Assembly (NCBI GenBank): GCA_000018565.1
Contig: CP000875.1
Coordinates: 249,199 to 313,198 of the forward strand
Length of the DNA: 64,000 bases
Reading direction: 5' to 3'
DNA from: Herpetosiphon aurantiacus DSM 785
GTDB lineage: Bacteria; Chloroflexota; Chloroflexia; Chloroflexales; Herpetosiphonaceae
Below are positions 17,206-26,717 of the stretch, in pieces (position 1 is the stretch's first letter; each line of letters begins with the position of its first letter). Below the pieces are notes generated by a model, which did no database searches, was not told the DNA's origin, and saw only the letters and a list, made by a program, of their open reading frames with translations. A program made the position numbers and the translations under genes.

Positions 17206-18801
17206 GTGATTGATTTTCAACAGGTTTGCTATTACTATCCCCAAGCCACTGCGCCAGCACTCGATCGCTGTACCTTGCAGATTGCCGAAGGCGAGTTTGT
17301 ATTGGTTTGTGGTGCTTCAGGCAGCGGCAAATCAAGCCTGCTTCGCGCGATCAACGGCTTAATTCCGCATTTTCATGGTGGCACATGGCAAGGCCAATTA
17401 AAAGTCTGTGGCCGTGATACCCGCCGCAACTCGCCGCGCGATTTGGCTGAATTGGTCGGTTTTGTGTTTCAAGACCCCGATGCTCAGTTTGTGGTCGAAA
17501 TTGTCGAGGATGAACTGGCTTTTGCCATGGAAAACGCTGGTTTGCCGCAAGCGATTATGCGCCGCCGAATTGAAGAAGCGCTCGATCAGCTTGAAATTGC
17601 CCATTTGCGCCATCGTTCATTGACTAGCTTGTCTGGCGGCGAACGCCAGCGCGTGGCAATTGCTGCTGCATTAACCGTTCAGCCGCAAATTTTGGTGCTC
17701 GATGAACCAACCTCACAGCTCGACCCCCACACTGCTGAAGAAGTATTGACTGCCCTGCAAAAGCTCAACGCCGATTTGGGCTTGACGATTGTGCTCTCGG
17801 AGCATCGTTTAGAGCGGGTGGTGCAATATGTCGATCGAATTATCTGGATGCATGCGGGCAAAATTGGCTTAGCCGATACACCACAGGTAGTTTTGGCCCA
17901 GATGCCATTTGCCCCGCCATTGGTCGAAGTTGCCCGCCATTTCAATTGGCAGCCCTTGCCGCTGACGATCAAGCAAGGTCGTGCTGCCGCGCGTCAACAG
18001 CTAATTACACCCCAAGCCCAACCAAAGCCGGTTACCACAGTTGGCCCAGAACTCTTGCGCTCCGAAGCGTTAGATGCCAGTTATGCCGATCAACCTGCCC
18101 TGCAAGGCGTAAATGTGCGTTTGTACGCTGGCGAAATTGTGGCAATTATGGGTCGTAACGGCTCCGGCAAAACCACCTTATTGCGCCATTTGGTGGGCTT
18201 GCAACAACCAATTCGTGGGCGGGTGCTACTACAACAACAGCCGATCACCAATCGCCCAGTTGAGCAATTGGCCCAGCAGATTGGCTTTGTGCCGCAAAAC
18301 CCAAGTGATATTCTGTTTCACCCCAGTTTGGAGCAAGAATTAGCGTGGACGCTTACCAACCATGGTCAAGCGGCTGATCCAGCGCAGATTGAACAAACCT
18401 TGCAACGCTTGAATTTGCTGCATCTGCGTGAGCGTCACCCGCGTGATCTTTCGGGTGGCGAGGCTCAACGAGCTGCCTTTGCTGCAATTGTGGTGGCTCG
18501 CCCGCAAATTCTCTTGCTCGATGAACCAACTCGGGGCTTGGATTACGCTGCCAAACAGCAATTAGCCAATTTTCTACAAAGCTTGGCCAGCGAGCAACAT
18601 GGCATCATCGTGGTAACCCACGATGTGGAATTTGTGGCGTTGTGTGCCCAACGAGTGGTCCTGTTGGGCGAAGGCGAGGTCGTGGTTGAAGGCACGCCCC
18701 AAGTGGTTTTGGGTGATTCACTGCTGTTTTCAACCCAGGTTGGCAAGCTATTCCCCAAATTTGGCTGGCTGAGCGTGGCCGATGTACTGGCTGGCACGTA
18801 A
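17206..18801 (+). CDS. ABC transporter ATP-binding protein with two fused ATPase domains (ECF/CbiO-like)
   Basis: Two Walker A motifs (GASGSGKSS, GRNGSGKTT), two signature-like motifs (LSGGERQR, LSGGEAQR) and two Walker B motifs (LVLDEPTS, LLLDEPTRGLD) are present. Confidence 0.8.
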   Translation: MIDFQQVCYYYPQATAPALDRCTLQIAEGEFVLVCGASGSGKSSLLRAINGLIPHFHGGTWQGQLKVCGRDTRRNSPRDLAELVGFVFQDPDAQFVVEIVEDELAFAMENAGLPQAIMRRRIEEALDQLEIAHLRHRSLTSLSGGERQRVAIAAALTVQPQILVLDEPTSQLDPHTAEEVLTALQKLNADLGLTIVLSEHRLERVVQYVDRIIWMHAGKIGLADTPQVVLAQMPFAPPLVEVARHFNWQPLPLTIKQGRAAARQQLITPQAQPKPVTTVGPELLRSEALDASYADQPALQGVNVRLYAGEIVAIMGRNGSGKTTLLRHLVGLQQPIRGRVLLQQQPITNRPVEQLAQQIGFVPQNPSDILFHPSLEQELAWTLTNHGQAADPAQIEQTLQRLNLLHLRERHPRDLSGGEAQRAAFAAIVVARPQILLLDEPTRGLDYAAKQQLANFLQSLASEQHGIIVVTHDVEFVALCAQRVVLLGEGEVVVEGTPQVVLGDSLLFSTQVGKLFPKFGWLSVADVLAGT

Positions 18802-18810
18802 CAATAATTA

Positions 18811-18846
18811 AAAACCCTCTGCGATCAACAAACAGAGGGTTTTGTG
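18811..18846. terminator. Bidirectional intrinsic terminator (AAAACCCTCTG-N11-CAGAGGGTTTT) between convergent ABC ATPase and pspA
   Basis: A stem flanked by an A-run and a T-run is seen directly. It is positioned between the two 3-prime ends. Confidence 0.7.
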
Positions 18847-18865
18847 CTCAATCAAATTAACAGAT

Positions 18866-19525
18866 TTAGCTTTGATTGACTTTAGCTTTGAGCGCTGCCA
18901 ATTCTGATTCGAGCGAGGTTTCTTGCTCCAAATTGCGAAATTTATTTTCCAACGAATCGCCTTCTAATTTGGCCATGGCTTCAGCTTTGTACAACCGATC
19001 ATCAATTCGTTCTTCCATTGCTCCCAAGCGATCGCCCAATTCGCCACTGCCTTGCATATTTTGCAGCGCACGAGTGGCGGCTTCTTGCGAATCGGCACGG
19101 CTAGTTTTAGCTTTGATCAAATCGCGTTTGGCGCGAGCTTCATTAATTTGCAGTTCCAAACGGCTGATCGAATTCCGAAAATCTTTAACTTGGGCATTTT
19201 GAGTTTCCGATTGGGTTGCATATTCGCTGGCGGCAGCGCTGAAGTGGCGCTTGCGTTCCAAAGCTGAACGAGCCAATTCTTCGTCGCCACGTTCAAGCGC
19301 ATTGACAGCTTTGCGTTCCCAATCCTCGGCTTGCTTACGGTTTTCATCGCGCTTTTGCTCCATACGTGTGGCCTGACCCATGGCCATAGCCGTTGCACGT
19401 TTGGCCTCGCCATATTGCGCCTCAAGCTGGCGAATATACTCATCGGCCATGGTTACGGGGTTTTCAGCGCGATCAAACAAGGCGTGCAACCAAGCGCGGA
19501 TAAGGTCTTTGATTCGTTTCCACAT
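18866..19525 (-). CDS. pspA: PspA/IM30 (phage-shock protein A / Vipp1) family protein
   Basis: The PspA N-terminus (MWKRIKDLIRAWLHALFDRAENPV...MADEYIRQLEAQ) and a coiled-coil-rich sequence over the full length. Confidence 0.8.
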   Translation of the reverse strand: MWKRIKDLIRAWLHALFDRAENPVTMADEYIRQLEAQYGEAKRATAMAMGQATRMEQKRDENRKQAEDWERKAVNALERGDEELARSALERKRHFSAAASEYATQSETQNAQVKDFRNSISRLELQINEARAKRDLIKAKTSRADSQEAATRALQNMQGSGELGDRLGAMEERIDDRLYKAEAMAKLEGDSLENKFRNLEQETSLESELAALKAKVNQS

Positions 19526-19700
19526 AGCGTTTTGCTCCTACTGACTACTGTTGGGTAGTACGGGCCAGCCTTTGGAATGTTGCTTAAGCATACCTGATCT
19601 GCAAGAGCAAACGCAAGGATCAACCATTGCATTGTGCCCGTTGGCATCTATAATGCTTATATATGCCTGCGTGACAACCGCTTGCTAAAGGAGTTGAACC

Positions 19701-20429
19701 ATGGCCGACAAGGAAAAGAAGGGTTTGTTTGGTAATTTGGCTGATCAAATGAAGGATGCAATTGAGCAAAGCCGCGAGAGTGCCGAAGCCAAGCCCACTG
19801 CCCCAGCCCCTGGTAACGTGATTGGCCAAATGATGGAGCGCTTGCACGATATTCAAGAGAAACAGGAAGAAGCAGCCTCATCATCAGTCTCCAATGCAGT
19901 AAATGTGATCAAAGATGCTCAAGAAGCAGCCAAAGAAGCTCGTGAAAAGGCCGAAGCTCAGTCGGCTGCAACCAACAATGCGGTTGCAGATGCGTTGCGT
20001 CAAGCTCAAGAAGCTGCCAAAGCCCAAGAAGTCGCTAAAGCCGAGGCTGCCAAAGCCGAAGCAGCTAAGGCTGAAGCTGCCGCTGAACAACGCTACACGG
20101 TTCAAGGTGGTGATACCTTGGGCAAAATTTCAGCCCGCTTCTATGGCGATGCAGCTCAATGGCGACGAATTTATGAAGCCAATCGGGCAATTATTGGCAA
20201 TAATCCCGATGTGATTAGCGTTGGCCAAGAATTTGTGATTCCCGATGCAAGCACCCCACTACCAGTTCAACGCACCTATACTGTGCGGTCTGGTGACACC
20301 ATGCGAGCGATTGCCCAACGCTTTTATGGCGATGAAATGCAGTGGAAACGAATTTATCAAGCCAATCGCGACCGCATTCCCAACCCTGATGTAATTCACG
20401 TCGGCCAAGAATTTATCATCCCCGAATAG
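19701..20429 (+). CDS. LysM-domain protein (two LysM repeats) with Ala/Glu-rich N-terminal region
   Basis: Two LysM units are present (YTVQGGDTLGKISARFYGD...VISVGQEFVIP and YTVRSGDTMRAIAQRFYGD...VIHVGQEFIIP). Confidence 0.75.
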   Translation: MADKEKKGLFGNLADQMKDAIEQSRESAEAKPTAPAPGNVIGQMMERLHDIQEKQEEAASSSVSNAVNVIKDAQEAAKEAREKAEAQSAATNNAVADALRQAQEAAKAQEVAKAEAAKAEAAKAEAAAEQRYTVQGGDTLGKISARFYGDAAQWRRIYEANRAIIGNNPDVISVGQEFVIPDASTPLPVQRTYTVRSGDTMRAIAQRFYGDEMQWKRIYQANRDRIPNPDVIHVGQEFIIPE

Positions 20430-20444
20430 CACCTAAGGTAATCA

Positions 20445-20690
20445 GGCTATAGGCTATAGGCTATGGGCTTTTGGTATTCCGACCAATTTCCGATAGCCCA
20501 TAGCCTATGGTTAAAGCTTGATCCACGAAGGACACGAAGCACACGAAGGTTTCGTAGCGTATGGGCTGACCCCTAGCCCCTGAACCCTAATCTCTGTTCT
20601 TTGCGCCGCTGCGTTAAACCTGCCTACGATCCCTCGACCCTTCCCTCCCATTTCATCCTTCATCCCTCATCCCTCATCCTTTTCTCAATG
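20445..20690. repeat. Cluster of dispersed repeat modules: GGCTATAGG hairpin, GATCCACGAAGGACACGAAG unit, GGGGCTAGGGGTCAG unit, CATCCYT heptamers
   Basis: GGCTATAGGCTATAGGCTATGGGC (20445-20468) pairs with GCCCATAGCCTATGG (20496-20510). gatccacgaaggacacgaagcacacgaagg lies at 20520-20549. ctgacccctagcccctgaaccc lies at 20576-20597. (catccyt)n lies at 20654-20680. Confidence 0.65.
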
Positions 20691-20738
20691 TTCTATAATG
20701 TGCTCAGCAATTATTTGAGCGCGAGTATCACCCTAGCA

Positions 20739-21845
20739 ATGCATATTCTTCATGTCTATAAAGATTATTTTCCAGTGCTTGGTGGCATGGAAAACCATAT
20801 TCGGGTAGTGGCTGAGGGCTTGGCTGAACGCGGCCATCAAGTTACGGTGGCAGTCAGCAATACCTACCCAAAAACCGAAATCGAGCGCCGTAATGGTGTA
20901 GCGATTATTAAAGCAGCCCAATGGTTGCGCAAGGCATCAACCCCGATTAGCCCGATGAGTTTGCCATTAAGTTGGCGTGTACCCGCCGATATTATCCATT
21001 TGCATCATCCCTTCCCACCTGGCGATTTGCTGTATTGGCTGCGTGGTGGCAAGGCTAAATTGGTGATTACTTATCAAAGCGATATTGTGCGCCAACGCCG
21101 TTTGTTGCAACTCTATCGACCATTGCTTACCCGTACTTTGAACGCCGCCGATCGAATTATCGCGGCCAGCCCGCAGTATATCCAAACCTCGCCATGGTTG
21201 GCTCCTCATGCCGCCAAATGCCGCGTAATTCCCTTGAGCGTCGATACCGAGCGCTTCAATCAACTTGATCATGCGGCGATTCAGGCGTTGCGTGAGCAGG
21301 TTGCAGCACCCATGGTGTTGTTTGTTGGGCGCTTCCGCCATTACAAAGGCCTGCACTTTTTGCTCGAAGCCTTGCCAAAAATTCCCAAGGCCAAATTGGT
21401 GTTGGTCGGCATTGGCCCTGAGGAAGCTCGTTTGCGCGAGTTGGCGCAACGCTTGGGTGTTGGCGAACGTATTATATGGGCTGGCGAAGTCCCGGATCAA
21501 GCCTTACCAAATTACTATGCCGCTGCCGATGTATTTGTGCTACCATCTCATTTACGAGCAGAAGCATTTGGCATCGTGCAACTCGAAGCATTAGCCGCTG
21601 GAATTCCAATTGTCAGCACTGAGTTGGGCACTGGCACAAGTTTTGTCAACGCCCACGGCCAAACTGGGTTTGTTGTGCCACCAGCCGATCCGGCGGCACT
21701 GGCGCGGGCAATCACTGTGCTGTTGGAAAATCCAGGCTTGCGGGCGCAATTTGGAGCTAACGGTCGTCAACGCGCGAGCAGCACGTTCAGTCCACAGCGC
21801 ATGCTCGATCAGATTGAAGAACTTTATCGTGAGATTGTGAGTTAG
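20739..21845 (+). CDS. Glycosyltransferase family 4 (GT-B fold)
   Basis: The EX7E-type C-terminal motif region (EAFGIVQLEALAAGIPIVSTELGTG) is present. The start is taken at ATG 20739 (MHILHVYKDYFPVLGGMENH). Confidence 0.75.
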   Translation: MHILHVYKDYFPVLGGMENHIRVVAEGLAERGHQVTVAVSNTYPKTEIERRNGVAIIKAAQWLRKASTPISPMSLPLSWRVPADIIHLHHPFPPGDLLYWLRGGKAKLVITYQSDIVRQRRLLQLYRPLLTRTLNAADRIIAASPQYIQTSPWLAPHAAKCRVIPLSVDTERFNQLDHAAIQALREQVAAPMVLFVGRFRHYKGLHFLLEALPKIPKAKLVLVGIGPEEARLRELAQRLGVGERIIWAGEVPDQALPNYYAAADVFVLPSHLRAEAFGIVQLEALAAGIPIVSTELGTGTSFVNAHGQTGFVVPPADPAALARAITVLLENPGLRAQFGANGRQRASSTFSPQRMLDQIEELYREIVS

Positions 21846-21847
21846 GT

Positions 21848-23095
21848 ATGTTGCTTCAAGCAGGAACCGAATTGTTGGGGCGTTATCACATCGTGCGGGC
21901 AATCGGCCAAGGCGGTATGAGCGCTGTCTATGCAGCGTTTGATCGCCAATTGAATACGCCTGTCGCGATTAAACACTTTCGCAATCACGATCCTGCTTTG
22001 CACGCCAGCCTCGACCGCGAAGCCCAAATTTTGGCGCGGTTGCAACACTCCGCCTTGCCCCGCGTCTATGATATTCGCCGCGAGAACGATGATGCCTATT
22101 TAATCATGGATTTGATCGAGGGCGAAACCCTTGGCACGTTGCTAAGCCAACGCGGCAGCGGCTTCGAGCCTGCAACCGTGGTGGCGTGGGCAGCAACCTT
22201 GGCCGAGCCATTGAGCTACCTGCATCAACAAACGCCGCCCGTGATTCATCGCGATATCAAGCCGCATAATGTGATGCGTACACCTGCTGGCAAATTGATT
22301 TTGCTCGATTTTGGCTTGGCCAAACAATGGTCAACCGGCCAGCAAAGCGTGATTGCCTATACCCTGCCCTATGCTTCGTTGGAGCAGATTCAGGGCACGA
22401 ACACGCTGGATCAACGCAGCGATGTCTATGGCTTTGGCGCAACGCTCTATCATTTGCTAACCAATCGCGAGCCAGTTGATGCCTTGACTCGGGCCAGTGC
22501 CCAAATTTATGCCAACCCTGACCCGTTGCCCTTGCCAAGTAGCCTAAATAACACAGTTACGCCAGCGCTTGATCGGGTGCTGATGGATAGTTTGGCGTTA
22601 CGCGCTGATGCCCGCCCAGCAAGCATTAGTGCGGTCGTCAGTTTATTGCAAGCAGCGCAATCAGCAACAGTCAGCGTGCCCTTGATTGCGGCTAACAGTG
22701 CTGGGCAGCCGACAATTCGGGTTGATTCGCAGTTGCCTGATGGGGTGAGTTATGCCACGCCACGGCGCTTCGAGCCACGTCCGGCTCCGGCTTCAACTCC
22801 GGCTGCTCCACCGCGTCCACGCCGCTCGATCTCGCGCTGGAGTGCGGCTGAGCAGATGAGTCGCGCCCAATGGAGTATGCCCAATTATCAGCAACTGTAC
22901 CAAGACCGCGAAGATCCTAAGCCATTTAGCCCGCTTAATAATCCGCAATGGATGATTGCTCAAGATGCAACCAAGAGCAGAATTAACGCAGCACTTGACG
23001 ATGATGACGACGTGATCAGCCCAAGCCAGGTTATGAATGTATTGTTTTTTCTGCTGATTATCATTTTTATTGGAGCATGTCAATATTTGGGTTAG
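21848..23095 (+). CDS. Ser/Thr protein kinase with single C-terminal TM anchor
   Basis: Hanks motifs are present: GQGGMSAVY, VAIK, HRDIKPHN and DFGLAK. A Pro-rich tail ends in the hydrophobic segment VMNVLFFLLIIIFIGACQYLG. Confidence 0.8.
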   Translation: MLLQAGTELLGRYHIVRAIGQGGMSAVYAAFDRQLNTPVAIKHFRNHDPALHASLDREAQILARLQHSALPRVYDIRRENDDAYLIMDLIEGETLGTLLSQRGSGFEPATVVAWAATLAEPLSYLHQQTPPVIHRDIKPHNVMRTPAGKLILLDFGLAKQWSTGQQSVIAYTLPYASLEQIQGTNTLDQRSDVYGFGATLYHLLTNREPVDALTRASAQIYANPDPLPLPSSLNNTVTPALDRVLMDSLALRADARPASISAVVSLLQAAQSATVSVPLIAANSAGQPTIRVDSQLPDGVSYATPRRFEPRPAPASTPAAPPRPRRSISRWSAAEQMSRAQWSMPNYQQLYQDREDPKPFSPLNNPQWMIAQDATKSRINAALDDDDDVISPSQVMNVLFFLLIIIFIGACQYLG

Positions 23096-23104
23096 GGAGC
23101 AGTT

Positions 23105-24178
23105 ATGAGTTTAGGGGTTGGTTCAGTTTTACTTGGGCGCTACCAAATTTTGCGCTTAATTGGCCAAGGTGGTATGGGCACGGTCTATGCCGCCTTCGAT
23201 CAACAGCTTAATCATCAGGTCGCAATCAAATATTTTCGTGGTCAGGATGCCACGTTTCAGAGCAATTTGCAGCGCGAAGCCCAAATTTTGGCCCGTTTGC
23301 GCCATCCATCATTGCCACGAGTTTACGATTTACAGCGAGTTGGCGATGCCGCCTTTTTGATCATGGATTTGATCGAAGGTGAGAATCTTGATACGTTGCT
23401 ATTCCAACGTGGCGCTGCTTTTGAGCCAGATGTGGTGCTGGCGTGGGCCAAGGCACTTGCTCCAGCGCTCAGCTATTTGCATTATCAAACGCCGCCTGTC
23501 ATTCATCGTGATATTAAACCGCAAAATATTATTCGTACCCCCGATGGCCAATTGATCTTGGTCGATTTTGGCTTGGCTAAACAATGGGCTTCCTCAAACC
23601 AAAGTGTCGTGGCCTATACCTTGGCTTACGCCGCCTTAGAGCAAATTCAAGCCACCAGCCCAGTCAATCAGCGCAGCGATGTCTATAGTTTTGCTGCAAC
23701 CCTTTATCATTTGTTGACCAATTGCGAGCCAGCCGATGCGCTCACTCGCGCCAGCAGCTTGATTAATGGCCAGCCAGATCCGTTGGTCAATCCAGTTAAT
23801 TTAAATCCAGCGGTTTCGCCTGCAATGGCAGCAGTTTTAGCCCAAGCCATGGCGTTGCCAGCCCACGAACGGCCTGCGAGCATCGATCAATTTATCCAGC
23901 AATTGCAACAAAGTTTTTACAATCAGCCAAGCCTGATGAGCAGCGCCGGCCAACCAACAATCGTCCAACGCCCAGCAGTTGCGACAATCGTCTTGCCGAC
24001 AGCGACCAAGCCTGCACTATCAGCCCAGCAAATCTTGCAACCGCAAGTGCCACCCCAACAGATCACCTATCAAGAAAAAAGTGAATCATCCCTCAATTTA
24101 GAGCAGCTATGGACATTTTTGATGGTACTGTTATTTCTTGTTGGCTTGATGGTTTGGATAACCAATGCTATGAATTAG
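23105..24178 (+). CDS. Ser/Thr protein kinase paralog (tandem duplicate of 21848..23095) with C-terminal TM anchor
   Basis: GQGGMGTVY, VAIK, HRDIKPQN and DFGLAK motifs are present. The kinase domain is highly similar to the upstream gene. A C-terminal TM (LWTFLMVLLFLVGLMVWI) is present. Confidence 0.8.
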   Translation: MSLGVGSVLLGRYQILRLIGQGGMGTVYAAFDQQLNHQVAIKYFRGQDATFQSNLQREAQILARLRHPSLPRVYDLQRVGDAAFLIMDLIEGENLDTLLFQRGAAFEPDVVLAWAKALAPALSYLHYQTPPVIHRDIKPQNIIRTPDGQLILVDFGLAKQWASSNQSVVAYTLAYAALEQIQATSPVNQRSDVYSFAATLYHLLTNCEPADALTRASSLINGQPDPLVNPVNLNPAVSPAMAAVLAQAMALPAHERPASIDQFIQQLQQSFYNQPSLMSSAGQPTIVQRPAVATIVLPTATKPALSAQQILQPQVPPQQITYQEKSESSLNLEQLWTFLMVLLFLVGLMVWITNAMN

Positions 24179-24271
24179 TTCGTCATAATCCACATAGTGA
24201 TAATCTGCGCTGAGCAAGATTTTGTGGTATGCTTGGCGTATTTGAGCTTTAAAATCAAAGGAGTCGCTTCC

Positions 24272-24853
24272 GTGGCTGATTACAGCGCCTATATTGAAAA
24301 AAGTTTTCGTGAACATATTGCGATGGCCGAGCGCGTCTTGGCCGAACAATCAGCAACGATTAATACCATGGCTAATGTGTTGATCGCGTGTTATCAACAG
24401 GGCCACAAGGCTATTTTTTGTGGCAATGGTGGCAGCGCCGCCGATGCTCAACACTTGGCCGCCGAATTTGTCGGGCGCTATTTGATCGATCGCCGCCCTA
24501 TTCCGGCCTTGGCCTTGCATACCGATACTTCAACCTTAACCGCTGTGGGCAACGATTATGGCTATGATCAGGTGTTTTCGCGCCAAGTCAAAGCCCATAT
24601 GAACCCAGGGGATGTCTTGGTTTGTCTGACCACCAGTGGCAATTCAGTCAATGTGATCAAGGCTGCCGAAGTTGCTCGTGAACTGGGCAACCCCGTTCTG
24701 GCCTTGCTTGGTGGCGATGGTGGCAAGATTTTGCCATTGTGCGATCATGCTTTGGTTGTGCCATTCAAGTTGCCCTATTTGGTGCAAGAAATTTCGATGG
24801 TCGTCGGCCATTTGTTATGCGACCTGACTGAACAAGCTTTATTTGCCAAATAA
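24272..24853 (+). CDS. gmhA: D-sedoheptulose-7-phosphate isomerase (SIS domain)
   Basis: The GmhA-type block FCGNGGSAADAQHLAAEFVGRY is present. The start is estimated at GTG 24272, which has AAGGAG 8 nt upstream. The track ORF begins earlier at 24197. Confidence 0.75.
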   Translation: MADYSAYIEKSFREHIAMAERVLAEQSATINTMANVLIACYQQGHKAIFCGNGGSAADAQHLAAEFVGRYLIDRRPIPALALHTDTSTLTAVGNDYGYDQVFSRQVKAHMNPGDVLVCLTTSGNSVNVIKAAEVARELGNPVLALLGGDGGKILPLCDHALVVPFKLPYLVQEISMVVGHLLCDLTEQALFAK

Positions 24854-24883
24854 CGAGCTTGATCGACGCAATGGCGCAGAGAT

Positions 24884-24916
24884 TGTGATGATCTCTGCGT
24901 TTTTTAATTAAATTTT
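24884..24916 (+). terminator. Intrinsic terminator after gmhA (GCGCAGAGAT-N7-ATCTCTGCG + TTTTTT)
   Basis: A stem-loop followed by a T6 run is seen directly. Confidence 0.7.
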
Positions 24917-24933
24917 ATAGTTGAGATAGACCA

Positions 24934-25473
24934 ATGAGCCAACCAGCCGTGTTTATTGATCGTGATGGTACGATCAATGTTGAAGTTAATTATCTGCATC
25001 AGCCCGAATTGGTTCAGCTTGAGCAAACTGTTGGTCAAGCGATCGCTCGTTTGAATCAAGCTGGATTTTTGGTGTTGGTCGTGACCAATCAATCAGGAAT
25101 TGCTCGTGGCTATTATCGCGCTGAGGATATGCATTTGGTCCATCAGCGGATTAGTGAATTGTTACAGCCCTTTAATGCCCATATTGATGCTTGGTATTAT
25201 TGCCCGCATCATCCTGAGGTAACGGGCGATTGTGCTTGTCGCAAACCCAATTTGGGTATGTTCGAGCAAGCTCAAGCCGAATTCGCGATCGATCTCAGTC
25301 GTTCGTGGATGATTGGCGATAAGCTGCTCGATGTGCAAGCAGGCATCAATTTGGGCGTACCCGCAATTATGGTGGCAACTGGCTACGGCACACAGCATCA
25401 ACACGATTTGCCTGAGCATGCTATGCTGGTCGCAAATCTTAATGCTGCTGTCGATTTGATTGTGCAGGAGTAA
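24934..25473 (+). CDS. gmhB: D-glycero-D-manno-heptose 1,7-bisphosphate phosphatase (HAD superfamily)
   Basis: HAD motif I FIDRDGTIN, motif II VVTNQSG, and the GmhB zinc-binding CPHHP...CxCRKP are present. Confidence 0.8.
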   Translation: MSQPAVFIDRDGTINVEVNYLHQPELVQLEQTVGQAIARLNQAGFLVLVVTNQSGIARGYYRAEDMHLVHQRISELLQPFNAHIDAWYYCPHHPEVTGDCACRKPNLGMFEQAQAEFAIDLSRSWMIGDKLLDVQAGINLGVPAIMVATGYGTQHQHDLPEHAMLVANLNAAVDLIVQE

Positions 25474-25475
25474 GT

Positions 25476-25856
25476 ATGCAACCCCAAGCACCGCAACCAC
25501 TTCAACCACCACCAGTTCAAATCGTACCACCATGGATGATCTCAGCCACCTTCGATTTGCCAGGCTTCCGAGTTGTGCAAAATCGTGGGATTGTACGGGG
25601 CATTGTGGTACGTTCGCGCTCGGTTTTTGGCACAATTGGCGCATCATTTCAAACCCTGGTTGGCGGCAATATTACCATTTGGTCGAAGCTATGTGAGCAA
25701 ACTCGCATGGAAGCCTTCGAAATTATGTCGTTGCATGCCGCCGAAATTGGGGCAAACGCGATTATTGCGATGCGCTACGATGCCACCGAAATTAGCACTG
25801 GCGTGACTGAAGTGCTGGCCTATGGTAGTGCCGTAATTGTTGAACCAATTCGTTAA
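25476..25856 (+). CDS. YbjQ/UPF0145 family protein
   Basis: Family-typical sequence is present (GIVRGIVVRSRSVFG ... ANAIIAMRYDATEI). AGGAG precedes the ATG. Confidence 0.7.
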   Translation: MQPQAPQPLQPPPVQIVPPWMISATFDLPGFRVVQNRGIVRGIVVRSRSVFGTIGASFQTLVGGNITIWSKLCEQTRMEAFEIMSLHAAEIGANAIIAMRYDATEISTGVTEVLAYGSAVIVEPIR

Positions 25857-25884
25857 GCCAAAATCAGCCAAGCTATTGCTCATG

Positions 25885-26706
25885 CTAGCTTGGCTTTTTT
25901 GTAAATAATTGCTTAAGCGTATTCCAAAGCAGCTCGGCTCCCACAAAGATGAAAAATGGCACAGCCCATATCCCATTAACGAACAACCATGTAGACCGCC
26001 AAATAAAGCGGTGGTCGGCCATCAAGCTCTCAACGCTGCTGCCAACATACAGACGCGGGGCATTTTCGATTGCGCTATAGCCATGAGTATCAAGGTTTTT
26101 GGTGATCGCGGTCTGTTGTGGATTTTGATTGGTTGGTTTTGAGATCAGCGCTGCCTTGATTGGTTGCTGCCACTCTTCACATTCATATTCAAAATAGCCA
26201 CCACAGACGGCCCATGCTGGAACTGGCTGGTCGGGCTGCCAATCGGGGCTGGTCAGCGGCGCAACGCTAATCGCATGCCAGGTTGTGCTTGAGCGGCGAG
26301 CATCGCTGGTAGTGTAAGCAAAGGTTACACCATATTCATGTTGCACAACTGCTTGCTCCAACGTGAAGATCATGGCTTCGGGATGTTGGCTGATTTGCTC
26401 AGCCCGAATGTTGTCAATTTGAACTTGACCATAATACAGGCGTTCGCTACTTGTACCAATCGCTGTGCCGATCAGCGTGCCAATATTCAACAAACAGATC
26501 ACGCCCAACAGTGTATGATTGATCCAGCGATGGCTGAGGCGAACAAACAGGAAAATACTGGCGATTCCAGCAATAACACCGAGTAGATAGGACGCTGACT
26601 CGCCCAGCCAAAAACCAATTGCCCCACCCAGAACTGCACACCACAAACCAAACAGTATCCCTACTATCAACGTGCGCCCAAAGTTTAGCCATTGAATTTT
26701 CATCAT
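25885..26706 (-). CDS. Membrane protein, paralog 1 of a tandem pair (3 N-terminal TM, extracytoplasmic Cys-containing domain, C-terminal TM)
   Basis: This gene shares conserved blocks with 26718..27572: SxxWxxxxVAPLTSPDWQxxxPVPAWAxCxxxYxxxCxxWxxPI and a C-terminal WLFVxxIxxVP. I recognise no family. Confidence 0.5.
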   Translation of the reverse strand: MMKIQWLNFGRTLIVGILFGLWCAVLGGAIGFWLGESASYLLGVIAGIASIFLFVRLSHRWINHTLLGVICLLNIGTLIGTAIGTSSERLYYGQVQIDNIRAEQISQHPEAMIFTLEQAVVQHEYGVTFAYTTSDARRSSTTWHAISVAPLTSPDWQPDQPVPAWAVCGGYFEYECEEWQQPIKAALISKPTNQNPQQTAITKNLDTHGYSAIENAPRLYVGSSVESLMADHRFIWRSTWLFVNGIWAVPFFIFVGAELLWNTLKQLFTKKPS

Positions 26707-26717
26707 TTGTTCCTTAT

